Shown: positions 52,258 through 61,923 of the stretch, in pieces
Layout of the letters: every line of letters begins with the position of its first letter
How positions within the stretch are numbered: position 1 is the first letter of the stretch
Origin: an uncultured Chitinophagaceae bacterium
GTDB lineage: Bacteria > Bacteroidota > Ignavibacteria > UBA10030 > UBA8401
Assembly (NCBI GenBank): GCA_964439265.1
Contig: CAYTOA010000001.1
Coordinates: forward strand, 133,236 to 197,235
Reading direction: 5' to 3'
Length of the DNA: 64,000 nt
Made by a program: the position numbers and the translations under genes
Notes under the pieces: generated by a model
Database searches by the model: none
Told to the model about the DNA's origin: nothing
Seen by the model: the letters and a program-made list of their open reading frames with translations, nothing else

Positions 52258-55158
52258 ATGCTGAAAAAATTATACTGGAGAGTGCTCGCGAATTTCGCCT
52301 TTCTGCTTATTATCCTGACGGCGATGACGATGCTGACGCTGTATCTTCTCGCGGAGATCGAAAAGAATTTCGGCTCGACATCGAGCGAGATAAGAACGCT
52401 CACCAACGTCGAGAATGTACGTCATGTCTTGGCCGACGCTCCAGACGAAGCGAATCTCTATCTCGTTACAGGAGACGAATCCGCAAAGGCATCGTATGAA
52501 AATGCAATCAAAGAATTTGACGACGCAATGACCGCCGTCGACAACAGCATGAGCGACAGCCTTCTCACGCCTTCGTTCCATGCAGTGAAGGCGTTTACTT
52601 ATAAATGGATCGGAGAAATAGGAGAGAAGAAGATCAAACTGGGGGCAGATCGGAAAGCCGGGATCAACGTCGACGCAGATGTGGCGTTATTGGGATATCA
52701 GGAGGTGAAGGCGGGGTACCTGAGCAGTGCCCGGTCGATCGTAAACGACATGTCGAAACAGCTCTCGATGTCTCAGCAGCATAGTCTCGATCGTGCAACG
52801 AGCCTTGGAAAGGACCTTGCCGAGTTCATCGGTTTAGTTAACATTTTGCTCGCCGTCTTCGCTATTGCGCTGGGTTTTGTGCTGACGCGTTCCATCACAA
52901 ACCCCGTCAGCATTCTGAAGGAGGGAACCCAGAACATCATGGCTGGCAAGTTCGACCCGATAAACCTTAATCGTTCGGACGAGCTGGGGCAGCTTGCCGC
53001 CGACTTCAATAAAATGTCGACGATGCTGGGAAATAATTATACCCGGCTCAATGCTTATTCCGAACTGGTGACGGCCCTGAATGCCTATGCCGACATCCAT
53101 ACCGTTCAGCGAAGCAGTCTGCAGTTGTTGTGTCACCACTCAAAGGCGACAGTCGGTGCGCTGTACCTGATGAATGAGCACAAAAATATCCTCGAGCTCT
53201 CTGCCGGTTATGCGCTTAAGGAAAACGGTGAGAGTGTTAAAACGTTTGCGATGGGAGAGGGAATCCCGGGGCAATGCGCAGCGGAACAACGGGTCCTCGA
53301 GGTCAAAAACATCCCCATCCTCTCAGGCTTTTCGGTCGATACCGGGCTTGTCGAGGTGGCGCCGTACTCGGTGCTCGCAGTACCGATCTTGTTCCAGGAT
53401 AAAGTCCTGGGGGTTCTCCTCCTCGGCTCGATGAACCGCTTTGATGAATTGCAGAAAGAGATCATTAACAACTCTGTTCCGCAGCTTGGCGTCGCGATTA
53501 CGAACGCGAGGAACTTTGAAGCGTCGCAGAAACTGACGCGCGAAGTTGCCTTGAAGAATGACGAATTGAACTCGAAGCACATGGAACTCGAAAAGGCGTA
53601 CCGGGTGAAGTCTGATTTCCTAGCGAGCATGTCGCACGAACTCCGGACTCCGCTGAACTCGATCATAGGCTTCAGTTCGGTGCTGCTAGGTCCCAACGGC
53701 GACCCGTTGACGGCCGACCAGCATATGGCTCTCGAAAAAGTGCTGCGCAACGGAAAGCATTTGCTCCAGCTCATCAACGACATTCTTGATTTTTCGAAAC
53801 TCGAATCGGGCCGGATGTCTGTCAACGTCGAGATGGACGACGCCGCCAACGTCGTCGCCAATTCCGTGATGGCAGTCGAAGGATTGCTGAAAGGAAAAGA
53901 GATCGTGCTGAAGCAGAATATCGGGCCGAATCTCCGGGCGCTGCAAACCGACTCTTTGAAAGTCAAACAGATTCTTGTCAACTTGCTCAGCAACGCGGCA
54001 AAATTTACGGAGAAGGGCGAAATCGTTGTTACCGTTGCACAGAAGAACGGGATGGTTTCTTTCTCGGTAAAAGATTCTGGCATCGGCATTGAAGCAAAGA
54101 ACTTCAGCAAAGTCTTCGAAGAATTTCAGCAGATCGACAACAGCAACACCAGAAAGTATAAGGGGACCGGGCTGGGTCTCCCAATTTCCCGCCGATTGGC
54201 GCTCATCCTCGGCGGTGACCTGACAGTGGAGAGTGAATTCGGCAAAGGTTCGAACTTTACACTGACGATCCCGTCAGTGTTTCCAGAAGAGCTCCGCGAA
54301 AAATTAGAACGACCTGCACCTCCAATCATCTCGCGTCCTACGGCTGCACAGTCCGCGCCCGCGATTTCAATATCACCCCCGTCAGCTTCGGCACCGCAAG
54401 TGCGGTACGCGCTCCCCGTTGCCGGGACAGGCACAAGGGTTCTTTGTATTGACGACGACCCCGATGTTATCGAGATCCTTACAAAGTATCTTGTGCCCGA
54501 AGGCTATTCGGTGATGGGTGCAAATTCAGGAGACGAGGGGATCAGGCTCGCGCTCGAACATCCGCCGGCGCTCATCACGCTCGATATAATGATGCCGCAT
54601 AAAGACGGATGGCAGGTATTGCGGGAGCTCAAAGCAAACGACAAATTGAAAGACATTCCGGTGATTATTCATTCGATCATCGACAATAAGCCGTTGGCAA
54701 TATCGCTCGGCGCGATCGACGTGATCGCAAAGCCTGCGGAGCCGAAACGTCTTCTTTCCCTCGTTCAACGGGCTTCTGGCTCGGGCGAGCATTTTGTTCT
54801 CGTCGTCGATGACGATCAAGATTTTACCCTCGCGGTGAAGCGGCTGCTCAATGTGGAAGGGTACAAAGTCGAAGTGGCGAATACCGGCGCGAGAGCATTC
54901 GAGATTCTCAGCACGTCAACGCCATCCATCATCTTTTTAGACCTTGTGATGCCCCAGATGGACGGCTTCGACGTTATTCAGCGGCTTCAGCATGACGAAA
55001 CGTGGAAAAAAATCCCCGTAGTTGTTCTCTCCGGCAAGGAATTGTCGTCGGAAGAATGGGATAAACTTAACGCATATGCGAAAGACTTCGTGAAGAAGGC
55101 AGAGTTCACGCAGGGGACTCTTTCAAACACAATCAAACAGATTCTGCGCAAGACGTAA
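52258..55158 (+). CDS. Hybrid sensor histidine kinase: TM - CHASE3-like sensor - TM - HAMP - GAF - HisKA - HATPase - REC - REC
   Basis: H-box FLASMSHELRTPLNSI, N-box LLSNAAKFT, G-boxes DSGIGI / GTGLGL, and two receivers (VLCIDDD...LITLDIMMP; VLVVDDD...IIFLDLVMP). AGGAGA lies upstream of the ATG at 52258. Confidence 0.9.
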   Translation: MLKKLYWRVLANFAFLLIILTAMTMLTLYLLAEIEKNFGSTSSEIRTLTNVENVRHVLADAPDEANLYLVTGDESAKASYENAIKEFDDAMTAVDNSMSDSLLTPSFHAVKAFTYKWIGEIGEKKIKLGADRKAGINVDADVALLGYQEVKAGYLSSARSIVNDMSKQLSMSQQHSLDRATSLGKDLAEFIGLVNILLAVFAIALGFVLTRSITNPVSILKEGTQNIMAGKFDPINLNRSDELGQLAADFNKMSTMLGNNYTRLNAYSELVTALNAYADIHTVQRSSLQLLCHHSKATVGALYLMNEHKNILELSAGYALKENGESVKTFAMGEGIPGQCAAEQRVLEVKNIPILSGFSVDTGLVEVAPYSVLAVPILFQDKVLGVLLLGSMNRFDELQKEIINNSVPQLGVAITNARNFEASQKLTREVALKNDELNSKHMELEKAYRVKSDFLASMSHELRTPLNSIIGFSSVLLGPNGDPLTADQHMALEKVLRNGKHLLQLINDILDFSKLESGRMSVNVEMDDAANVVANSVMAVEGLLKGKEIVLKQNIGPNLRALQTDSLKVKQILVNLLSNAAKFTEKGEIVVTVAQKNGMVSFSVKDSGIGIEAKNFSKVFEEFQQIDNSNTRKYKGTGLGLPISRRLALILGGDLTVESEFGKGSNFTLTIPSVFPEELREKLERPAPPIISRPTAAQSAPAISISPPSASAPQVRYALPVAGTGTRVLCIDDDPDVIEILTKYLVPEGYSVMGANSGDEGIRLALEHPPALITLDIMMPHKDGWQVLRELKANDKLKDIPVIIHSIIDNKPLAISLGAIDVIAKPAEPKRLLSLVQRASGSGEHFVLVVDDDQDFTLAVKRLLNVEGYKVEVANTGARAFEILSTSTPSIIFLDLVMPQMDGFDVIQRLQHDETWKKIPVVVLSGKELSSEEWDKLNAYAKDFVKKAEFTQGTLSNTIKQILRKT

Positions 55159-55186
55159 CAACAGCACTACTTCGAAAGGTGGGAAA

Positions 55187-56308
55187 ATGGAAAATCCAGA
55201 ACCGACGTTGTTAGTAGTCGATGACACAGAAGATAATCTTGATCTCCTGGAATTCGCGTTAAAGCGCAAGCCGATCAAGATGCTTCGTGCTTCGAGCGGG
55301 AGGCAATGCCTGGCGATCGCCCAGGAAAAAAACCCGGACGTTATCCTTCTCGACATTCAAATGCCCGAGATGGACGGTTTCGAAACGCTCATGCATTTGA
55401 GAGCCAATCCGATAACGACAAAGATACCGGTCATCTTCTTGACGGCCCAGCGCAAGGACGCGAGCAGCATTGAACAGGGGCTGGAACTGGGGGCCGACGA
55501 GTATTTGACGAAGCCGATCGACACTGAAGAACTTCTCGTGCGGACAAAAATGCTTGTCAGATTGAAACGGGCGGAGTCGGAGCTTGAGCGCACAAAAGCC
55601 GATTTCATGGCGATGCTGGTTCACGATCTGCGGAGCCCGCTGAACGGAATCAAGAGTGTCATTGATTTCTATCGTGAAATCAGGGATCAGAATAAGCAGT
55701 TTTCGGCTGAACAGCTCGGTCTACTTGATACCGCCGGCGACTCGGCGCGGCGAATGCTCGAGCTGATCAACGACATCCTCGACCTTTCAAAGTTTGAAGC
55801 CGGGAACATGACTCTAGACAAACAGAAGATCACTGTGTCGGTCATCCTCGATACGGTGTGCCGGGAAACGGCCCTTCAGTTCAAGCAAAAGAATATTTCC
55901 ATCATCAAACAGTACGGAGAGAAGTTACCCGAAGTGTTCGTGGACGCCGAGAAGATCGCGCAGGTGGCCATGAACCTCCTCAGCAACGCGATGAAGTTCA
56001 CGAAGAGCGGCGGATCGGTCACAATCACGACCTCGCTGGTCAACGATACCGTGGGCCCTCTTGCGGAGAACAAGCCGTTCGTGAAAGTGAGCGTTACCGA
56101 TACCGGCGTGGGAATACCGGCGGAGGAAATTCCGCAGCTCTTCGAGCGTTACAAGCAAGTGTCAACGGCGAGAAGGACCAAACAGAAAGGAACTGGCCTC
56201 GGGCTGTCGATCTGCAAGCTGATCGTCCAGTCGCACGGGGGGAAGATGAGCGTAGAAAGCGAAGTAGGCAAGTATACGACATTCTATTTCTCGCTGCCGA
56301 TCGAATAG
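55187..56308 (+). CDS. REC-HisKA-HATPase kinase (receiver-input histidine kinase)
   Basis: LLVVDDTEDN, VILLDIQMPEMDG, YLTKPID, H-box FMAMLVHDLRSPLNGI, LLSNAMKFT and GTGLGLS motifs. Confidence 0.9.
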   Translation: MENPEPTLLVVDDTEDNLDLLEFALKRKPIKMLRASSGRQCLAIAQEKNPDVILLDIQMPEMDGFETLMHLRANPITTKIPVIFLTAQRKDASSIEQGLELGADEYLTKPIDTEELLVRTKMLVRLKRAESELERTKADFMAMLVHDLRSPLNGIKSVIDFYREIRDQNKQFSAEQLGLLDTAGDSARRMLELINDILDLSKFEAGNMTLDKQKITVSVILDTVCRETALQFKQKNISIIKQYGEKLPEVFVDAEKIAQVAMNLLSNAMKFTKSGGSVTITTSLVNDTVGPLAENKPFVKVSVTDTGVGIPAEEIPQLFERYKQVSTARRTKQKGTGLGLSICKLIVQSHGGKMSVESEVGKYTTFYFSLPIE

Positions 56309-56343
56309 ACAACTTTATCCCCTCAAACTATGAGTGAACCTGT

Positions 56344-57438
56344 ATGAAAGACAAAATCCTTGTTGTAGACGACGAAGACAGTCTTCGGATGACGGTCAAA
56401 CTTCGTCTTCAGACTGCTGATTTCGATGTCCAGGTGGCGCAGGACGGAGAAGAGGCTCTCGAGATCCTCAAAAAAGGACCCATCGATCTCGTGCTCCTCG
56501 ATATCAATATGCCGAAGATGGACGGCATCGAAACGCTCGGGCATATCACGAGGGATTATCCATGGACGGAGATCATCATGCTGACCGGGTTCGCGGATTT
56601 TTCTACGGCGATCGAATGTCTCAAGAAGGGAGCGAAAGATTATCTTGTCAAGCCGATTGAAATGACAGAGCTTGTCACGCGCGTGAAAGCAACCCTTCGG
56701 GCCAAAACTTCGGAGCAGGCATTTCGCGATCTTCAGCAGCGCTATATGTCAACTTTTTTTCATGATCTCCTGGGACCGCTGACCACGGTCGATTCGACCG
56801 TGGAACATCTCGTTGAAGGCAAGTCGGGAACAGTGTCGAAAGAGCAAGCGCTGCTTCTCCGGTATGCCGGGGAACTGACAGAAAAAATGACCCAGCGGGT
56901 GAAAGAAATGATCGACCTTTCCCAGTTCGAAGCGGGGCTGGTGGTCATCGACCGAAAACCATTCGACATACCGGTCTTTGCCGAAATGATGTGCGCCCGG
57001 TACGAGATCCTTGCGAAGGCAAAAGATATCAAGCTCGCGAAGAAAATCGAGAAGGACCTTCCCGCCGTAAGCTTTGATTTCGACAAAGTTGCGCAGGTGT
57101 TCAATAACATCTTTGACAACGCGATCAAGTACTCCCTTCGCGAAGGAGTCATCTCGATCATCGTTTCCAAGAAAGTTGAAACAGAACTCGGCCGGAAAAA
57201 AGAGTACATCGTCTTTTCGGTCAAAGACAACGGAGTCGGCATTCGGCCCGACGAACTTCCGCTTGTGTTCAACAAGTACAAAGAGCAGCTCACGTCAAAA
57301 CCCGCCGACCTGAAGACCACGGTACTCGGCCTCGCAATATCGCGCCACATCGTGGAGGCGCACGGCGGCAAGATCTGGGCCGACTCTGAAGTCGGTAAGG
57401 GGAGCACGTTCAGCTTCTCTCTGCCGGTGAATGAGTGA
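56344..57438 (+). CDS. REC-HisKA-HATPase kinase (second receiver-input histidine kinase)
   Basis: [30 protein letters not shown]-box [20 protein letters not shown] and VLGLAIS motifs. Confidence 0.88.
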   Translation: MKDKILVVDDEDSLRMTVKLRLQTADFDVQVAQDGEEALEILKKGPIDLVLLDINMPKMDGIETLGHITRDYPWTEIIMLTGFADFSTAIECLKKGAKDYLVKPIEMTELVTRVKATLRAKTSEQAFRDLQQRYMSTFFHDLLGPLTTVDSTVEHLVEGKSGTVSKEQALLLRYAGELTEKMTQRVKEMIDLSQFEAGLVVIDRKPFDIPVFAEMMCARYEILAKAKDIKLAKKIEKDLPAVSFDFDKVAQVFNNIFDNAIKYSLREGVISIIVSKKVETELGRKKEYIVFSVKDNGVGIRPDELPLVFNKYKEQLTSKPADLKTTVLGLAISRHIVEAHGGKIWADSEVGKGSTFSFSLPVNE

Positions 57439-57506
57439 TCGAAGAGGCGGGAAGAATTTGCAGGTCGGCAGTGCACTCTCGCTTGTAGGGCGACAGACAG
57501 GATATC

Positions 57507-58226
57507 ATGGCTCAAAAAAAAAATCCAGAGACTGTCCAGTTCAGGTACACGTTCGAATTTGAAAACGGAAATGCAAAAATTTTCGAAATCACGCTGAACG
57601 GAACAACGCTGGAACTTATCCAGGACAAGAATCTTCCGAAGCCGGATTGGACGAGGTTGAGTTTCTATCCCTGCGAAAATTGCCCGCTTGCGCAGCACAC
57701 CGAATACTGTCCCGTCGCCGTGAACCTCTCACAGATTATTACCGAATTCGAAGATTCTGTTTCCCATGAACGGACGCGCGTGACGGTCGAGACGCCCGAG
57801 CGGACGTACATGAAAGAGACCACCCTGCAAAAAGGACTGAGCTCGATCATCGGCATCTACATGGTGACAAGCAATTGTCCGGTAATGGATAAGCTCCGTC
57901 CAATGGTGCGGTTCCATCTGCCGTTTGCCACCCCTACTGAAACGCTCTTCCGGACCGTCTCGACGTATTTGACCGGTCAATTCTTGCTGATGAGGGATGG
58001 GAAAAAGCCCGATTGGGATCTCGACAAGCTCGTTGAGCTCTACAAGTCTGTTTCCGCAGTCAACAAAGGAATGTCGCGCAGAATCTCGAATGCGTCGATT
58101 AAGGACGCAAACGTTAATGCCGTGATTATTCTGCACTCGTTTGGCGATGCGGTACCCTATTTTGTCGAAAACGGACTGGACGAGATCAAACATTTTTTCG
58201 ATATTTATACGAAGGACAACCACTGA
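57507..58226 (+). CDS. Uncharacterised 239-aa protein with a CxxC-x9-C...C motif; last gene of the phosphorelay cluster
   Basis: A clean ORF with no TM segment. The Cys pattern is YPCENCPLAQHTEYCPV plus SNCPV. I recognise no family. Confidence 0.6.
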   Translation: MAQKKNPETVQFRYTFEFENGNAKIFEITLNGTTLELIQDKNLPKPDWTRLSFYPCENCPLAQHTEYCPVAVNLSQIITEFEDSVSHERTRVTVETPERTYMKETTLQKGLSSIIGIYMVTSNCPVMDKLRPMVRFHLPFATPTETLFRTVSTYLTGQFLLMRDGKKPDWDLDKLVELYKSVSAVNKGMSRRISNASIKDANVNAVIILHSFGDAVPYFVENGLDEIKHFFDIYTKDNH

Positions 58227-58367
58227 GAAGTTCGCTGAACGCCGACGTCCGCTGATCGAAGCGCCTGGACGAGGCTGAAAAAGCAACGTAGCATCTTCGT
58301 CCACGGTTTCGTATATTTTTTCCCACCCTGTGCAGCGTACCATCATCCACTAATCGGAGCGTACTGA

Positions 58368-59873
58368 ATGGCAAACAATCTTTTTGCAAAAAAACCTCTC
58401 GCACTCCTTCTTGAAGAGATGAAAGGGGAAAACAGGCTGCGCCGTGTTCTCGGACCGGTCACGCTTACGAGTCTCGGTGTCGGTGCGATCATCGGAACCG
58501 GGATTTTTGTCCTCACGGGTGTGGCGGCCCACGACAAGGCAGGCCCAGGGCTCATACTCTCTTTTGCGGCAGCAGGCGTTGCCTGCGTCTTTGCAGCTCT
58601 CTGTTACGCTGAATTCGCGTCGATGGCGCCCGTGGCAGGCTCCGCATACACCTACGCGTATGCCACGCTCGGCGAGCTTTTTGCCTGGATTATCGGCTGG
58701 GATCTCGTCCTTGAGTACGCCGTCGGATCGTCGACGGTCGCACACGGATGGTCTGCGCACTTTCAAGACCTTCTGAAAAGTTTCGGCATCATTCTTCCGT
58801 ATTCGTTTGCCAACGCCCCGTTCGATTTTAATCTCGACACGGGGCATTTTATCGCGACTGGTGCGTTCTTTGACGTACCCGCGATTCTCATCACTGCCGC
58901 GATCACCACGATTCTCGTTATCGGGATTAAGGAGAGCGCAGGCTTTAACGCAGGGATGGTCATCGTGAAGCTCGCAATCGTCTTATTCGTGATTGTTGTG
59001 GGCGTGTTTTACATCGACCCGGCAAATTGGCACCCGTTCGCTCCCTACGGTTACACGGGAATAGGTTTTTTTGGACATACATTGTTCGGACAAACTGGCC
59101 CAAGCGGAGCGCCCGTGGGTGTGCTTGCGGGGGCGGCAATTATTTTCTTCGCCTACATCGGGTTCGATTCCGTTTCCACTCATGCTGAAGAGGCGAAGAA
59201 CCCGAGACGAGATGTTCCCATAGGAATTATCGCTTCATTGATCATCTGCACAGTTCTCTATATAGTGGTGTCTGCGATCCTCACTGGCATGATCCCATCT
59301 GATAAGATCGACATCAATGCACCCGTGGCCAATGCATTTGCTCAGAAAGGATTGCCATGGGCGAGGCGCATAATTGACGTGGGTGCAATTACGGGCATTA
59401 CTTCCGTTCTGCTGGTGATGATGCTCAGCCAGCCGCGCGTGCTGCTTGCCATGGCTCGTGATGGTTTGGTGCCAACGAGTTTCTTCGGCGCAGTCCACGA
59501 GAAGTTCCGAACGCCCTGGAAAGCAACGATTCTCACTGGTGTTTTCGTGGCGGCGATGGCGGCGTTTCTTCCTCTCCGGATACTTGCCGAGTTGACGAAC
59601 ATCGGTACGCTGCTCGCGTTCGTTATTGTCTGCACGGCGGTGTTGATTATGCGGCGAACCAACCCGAACGCCGAACGACCGTTCCGTGCACCGTTTGTCC
59701 CTCTTGTTCCGATTCTCGGTATCCTTAGCTGCCTCCTGTTGATGTTCTCTCTTCCTGTTGAAAACTGGTACCGGTTGTTCATTTGGCTCGGGCTTGGTTT
59801 CATCATCTATTTTAGTTATGGACGGCACAACAGCGTAATGGCAAAAATCCGTGCAGCTGAGGCACGAAAGTGA
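58368..59873 (+). CDS. APC-superfamily amino-acid permease (cationic amino acid transporter-like)
   Basis: 501 aa with ~13 TM helices, an N-terminal GVGAIIGTGIFVLTG motif and FAYIGFD. Confidence 0.9.
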   Translation: MANNLFAKKPLALLLEEMKGENRLRRVLGPVTLTSLGVGAIIGTGIFVLTGVAAHDKAGPGLILSFAAAGVACVFAALCYAEFASMAPVAGSAYTYAYATLGELFAWIIGWDLVLEYAVGSSTVAHGWSAHFQDLLKSFGIILPYSFANAPFDFNLDTGHFIATGAFFDVPAILITAAITTILVIGIKESAGFNAGMVIVKLAIVLFVIVVGVFYIDPANWHPFAPYGYTGIGFFGHTLFGQTGPSGAPVGVLAGAAIIFFAYIGFDSVSTHAEEAKNPRRDVPIGIIASLIICTVLYIVVSAILTGMIPSDKIDINAPVANAFAQKGLPWARRIIDVGAITGITSVLLVMMLSQPRVLLAMARDGLVPTSFFGAVHEKFRTPWKATILTGVFVAAMAAFLPLRILAELTNIGTLLAFVIVCTAVLIMRRTNPNAERPFRAPFVPLVPILGILSCLLLMFSLPVENWYRLFIWLGLGFIIYFSYGRHNSVMAKIRAAEARK

Positions 59874-59922
59874 ACTTTAATCAACCTTTTATTCATTCAA
59901 TAGCTTGGTAAGGAGAATCATC

Positions 59923-60480
59923 ATGACACAACTGCACTTGCTCTGGCTCCCCATTTTGCTATCCTCTGCTATTGTGTTTATTGTGAGTTCCATCATCCAC
60001 ATGCTTTCACCGTGGCACAAGAATGACTATCCAAAATTAGCGAACGAGGAAAAGGTTATGGATGCGCTTCGGCCGCTTGACATTCCGCCGGGAGAGTACA
60101 TGATGCCCCGTCCAGCAGACCGAGAAGAGATGAAATCGCCCGAGTTTGCCGAGAAGCTGAAGAAGGGTCCGGTGCTGCTGATGACAGTCTGGAAGGGCCA
60201 TCTTTCTATGGGGAAAAACCTTGTTATGTGGCTCATCTACACCGCAGTCATGGGCCTGTTCGCGGCGTATGTCACCGGACGCGCTCTTCCCGTTGGAGCA
60301 ACCTATCTTCATGTTTTCCGGTTTGCGGGCGCTACAACATTCCTCGGCTATTCCGCCGCACTCTGGCAATCGTCGATATGGTATAACAAACCGTGGAGCA
60401 TTACTATCAAGTCCACTGTGGATGGATTGATCTACGCGCTCCTGACCGCAGGTGTTTTTGGCTGGCTTTGGCCGCAATAA
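59923..60480 (+). CDS. Conserved-looking membrane protein of unknown function
   Basis: 185 aa with 4 predicted TM helices. AAGGAGA lies 6 nt upstream of the ATG at 59923. Confidence 0.6.
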   Translation: MTQLHLLWLPILLSSAIVFIVSSIIHMLSPWHKNDYPKLANEEKVMDALRPLDIPPGEYMMPRPADREEMKSPEFAEKLKKGPVLLMTVWKGHLSMGKNLVMWLIYTAVMGLFAAYVTGRALPVGATYLHVFRFAGATTFLGYSAALWQSSIWYNKPWSITIKSTVDGLIYALLTAGVFGWLWPQ

Positions 60481-60829
60481 GGTACCACGGTACCTACTTC
60501 ATGCCGTGAACAAGCGAGCTTTTCGATTGGCCGAACAGAGGAGTGTCTAGGGTTTGGACATGACATTGTCAAAATTCCCAGCATTCCGCTCTTTTTGATC
60601 TTTGCTGCTCTTGCGCTCGTTGTTTCGTCGGTCCTTGCGCAAGAGCGGCCAATCGATCAAGCAATGGCGCAACCGGATTAGTGAACGCATCGCATCGTCG
60701 ACGAACGATCATCAGGTAAGAACCCTTCATCAACGCGGCCTTCTGCAACATTTCCACCCAACTAACCGTATTCATATCGAGTCCAACTATGAGGACTTCC
60801 TCTAACCGGCACAATTGCAAGGATTCTTC

Positions 60830-61921
60830 ATGAAAAAGAAGATATTCATTTCCTCATTTGCGGTGGTCGCGCTAACCGCTGCGGGATTTCTCTTCTTCGG
60901 AAATTCCAAAAGTTCAAAGGAAACAGAACTCCCGAAAGTAAAAATTTCGCGGGGTAACATTGTCGACAAAGCTCTTGCCGTCGGTACGATCGAGCCGGAG
61001 AATGAAATTTCCGTGAAGTCGAAGGTCGGAGGCGTCGTGAAGCAGATCTTCGCCTATGCCGGAACGTTCGTGAACGCGGGAGAGCCATTGCTTGAGGTAA
61101 GGCCCGACCCGGCGCCGCAGGAACTCGCGGACGCAAAAAGAGGAGTGCAGCTTGCAGAGGTTGAAGTTGAAAATGTGTCCAAGGATCTTGCCCGGGAAGA
61201 GGTAATGTTCAAGAAGAAAATGATTTCGAGCAAAGAATACGAAGATGCACAACGTAAGTCTCAGGAGGGCGACCTCCATTTGAATATCGCTAAAGAGAAT
61301 CTTGCGCTCCTTGAAAGCGGGCGGGTCGACATCGGTAATACCAAAATTGAGTCTATTGTCAAAGCGCCCATCAGCGGATATGTACTGAGTGAATCCGTCC
61401 AGGTCGGCGATCCCGTAACTCCCCTGACCACGTACCAGGAAGGAACGATCTTGATGAAGATGGCGAGCATGGAACGGCTTCTGTTCAAAGGTACCGTGGA
61501 TGAGATTGACGTCGGTAAGCTGAAAGAAGGGATGGCGACCGAGCTGAAAGTCGGCGCACTTCCGAACGATACAATCCAGGGAACGCTCAAGAAAATTTCA
61601 TTGAAAGCTGACAAGAAAGAGAACGCCACTGTTTTCGCCATTGAAATTCTCATTCCGAAGGCGAGCAACGCGACGCTGCGAGCCGGATATTCTGCGAACG
61701 CTAACATCATTATCCAGAAGAAAGAGAACGTCCTGATGATCCCGGAGCGCGTAGTGACGTTCAGGAACGATTCGGCGATCGTGAAACTCGCGCTCGGGGC
61801 AGGCAAAGAAGAACAGCGCGTTATCAAGACCGGCCTGAGCGACGCGATCAACATCGAAGTGATCGACGGATTGAAAGAAGGAGATGAAGTGTTCGAGAAA
61901 CCGGTCAAAAAAATCGATTAA
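60830..61921 (+). CDS. Efflux periplasmic adaptor (HlyD/MacA family)
   Basis: Signal anchor, lipoyl-like hairpin (GGVVKQIFAYAGTFVNAGEPLLEV), a coiled coil, and a beta-barrel C-terminus. Confidence 0.88.
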   Translation: MKKKIFISSFAVVALTAAGFLFFGNSKSSKETELPKVKISRGNIVDKALAVGTIEPENEISVKSKVGGVVKQIFAYAGTFVNAGEPLLEVRPDPAPQELADAKRGVQLAEVEVENVSKDLAREEVMFKKKMISSKEYEDAQRKSQEGDLHLNIAKENLALLESGRVDIGNTKIESIVKAPISGYVLSESVQVGDPVTPLTTYQEGTILMKMASMERLLFKGTVDEIDVGKLKEGMATELKVGALPNDTIQGTLKKISLKADKKENATVFAIEILIPKASNATLRAGYSANANIIIQKKENVLMIPERVVTFRNDSAIVKLALGAGKEEQRVIKTGLSDAINIEVIDGLKEGDEVFEKPVKKID

Positions 61922-61923
61922 CC

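Noticed and set aside
53208-54110. 300-aa minus-strand ORF, plus similar long antisense ORFs at 56760-57698, 37668-38546, 27620-28345, 62455-63189 and 31801-32505
   Set aside because: All lie opposite strongly supported genes (kinases, ABC exporter, nrdJ, macB-like, hisF). Their products are Ser/Arg/Pro-rich and motif-free, typical of codon-bias-driven antisense ORFs.
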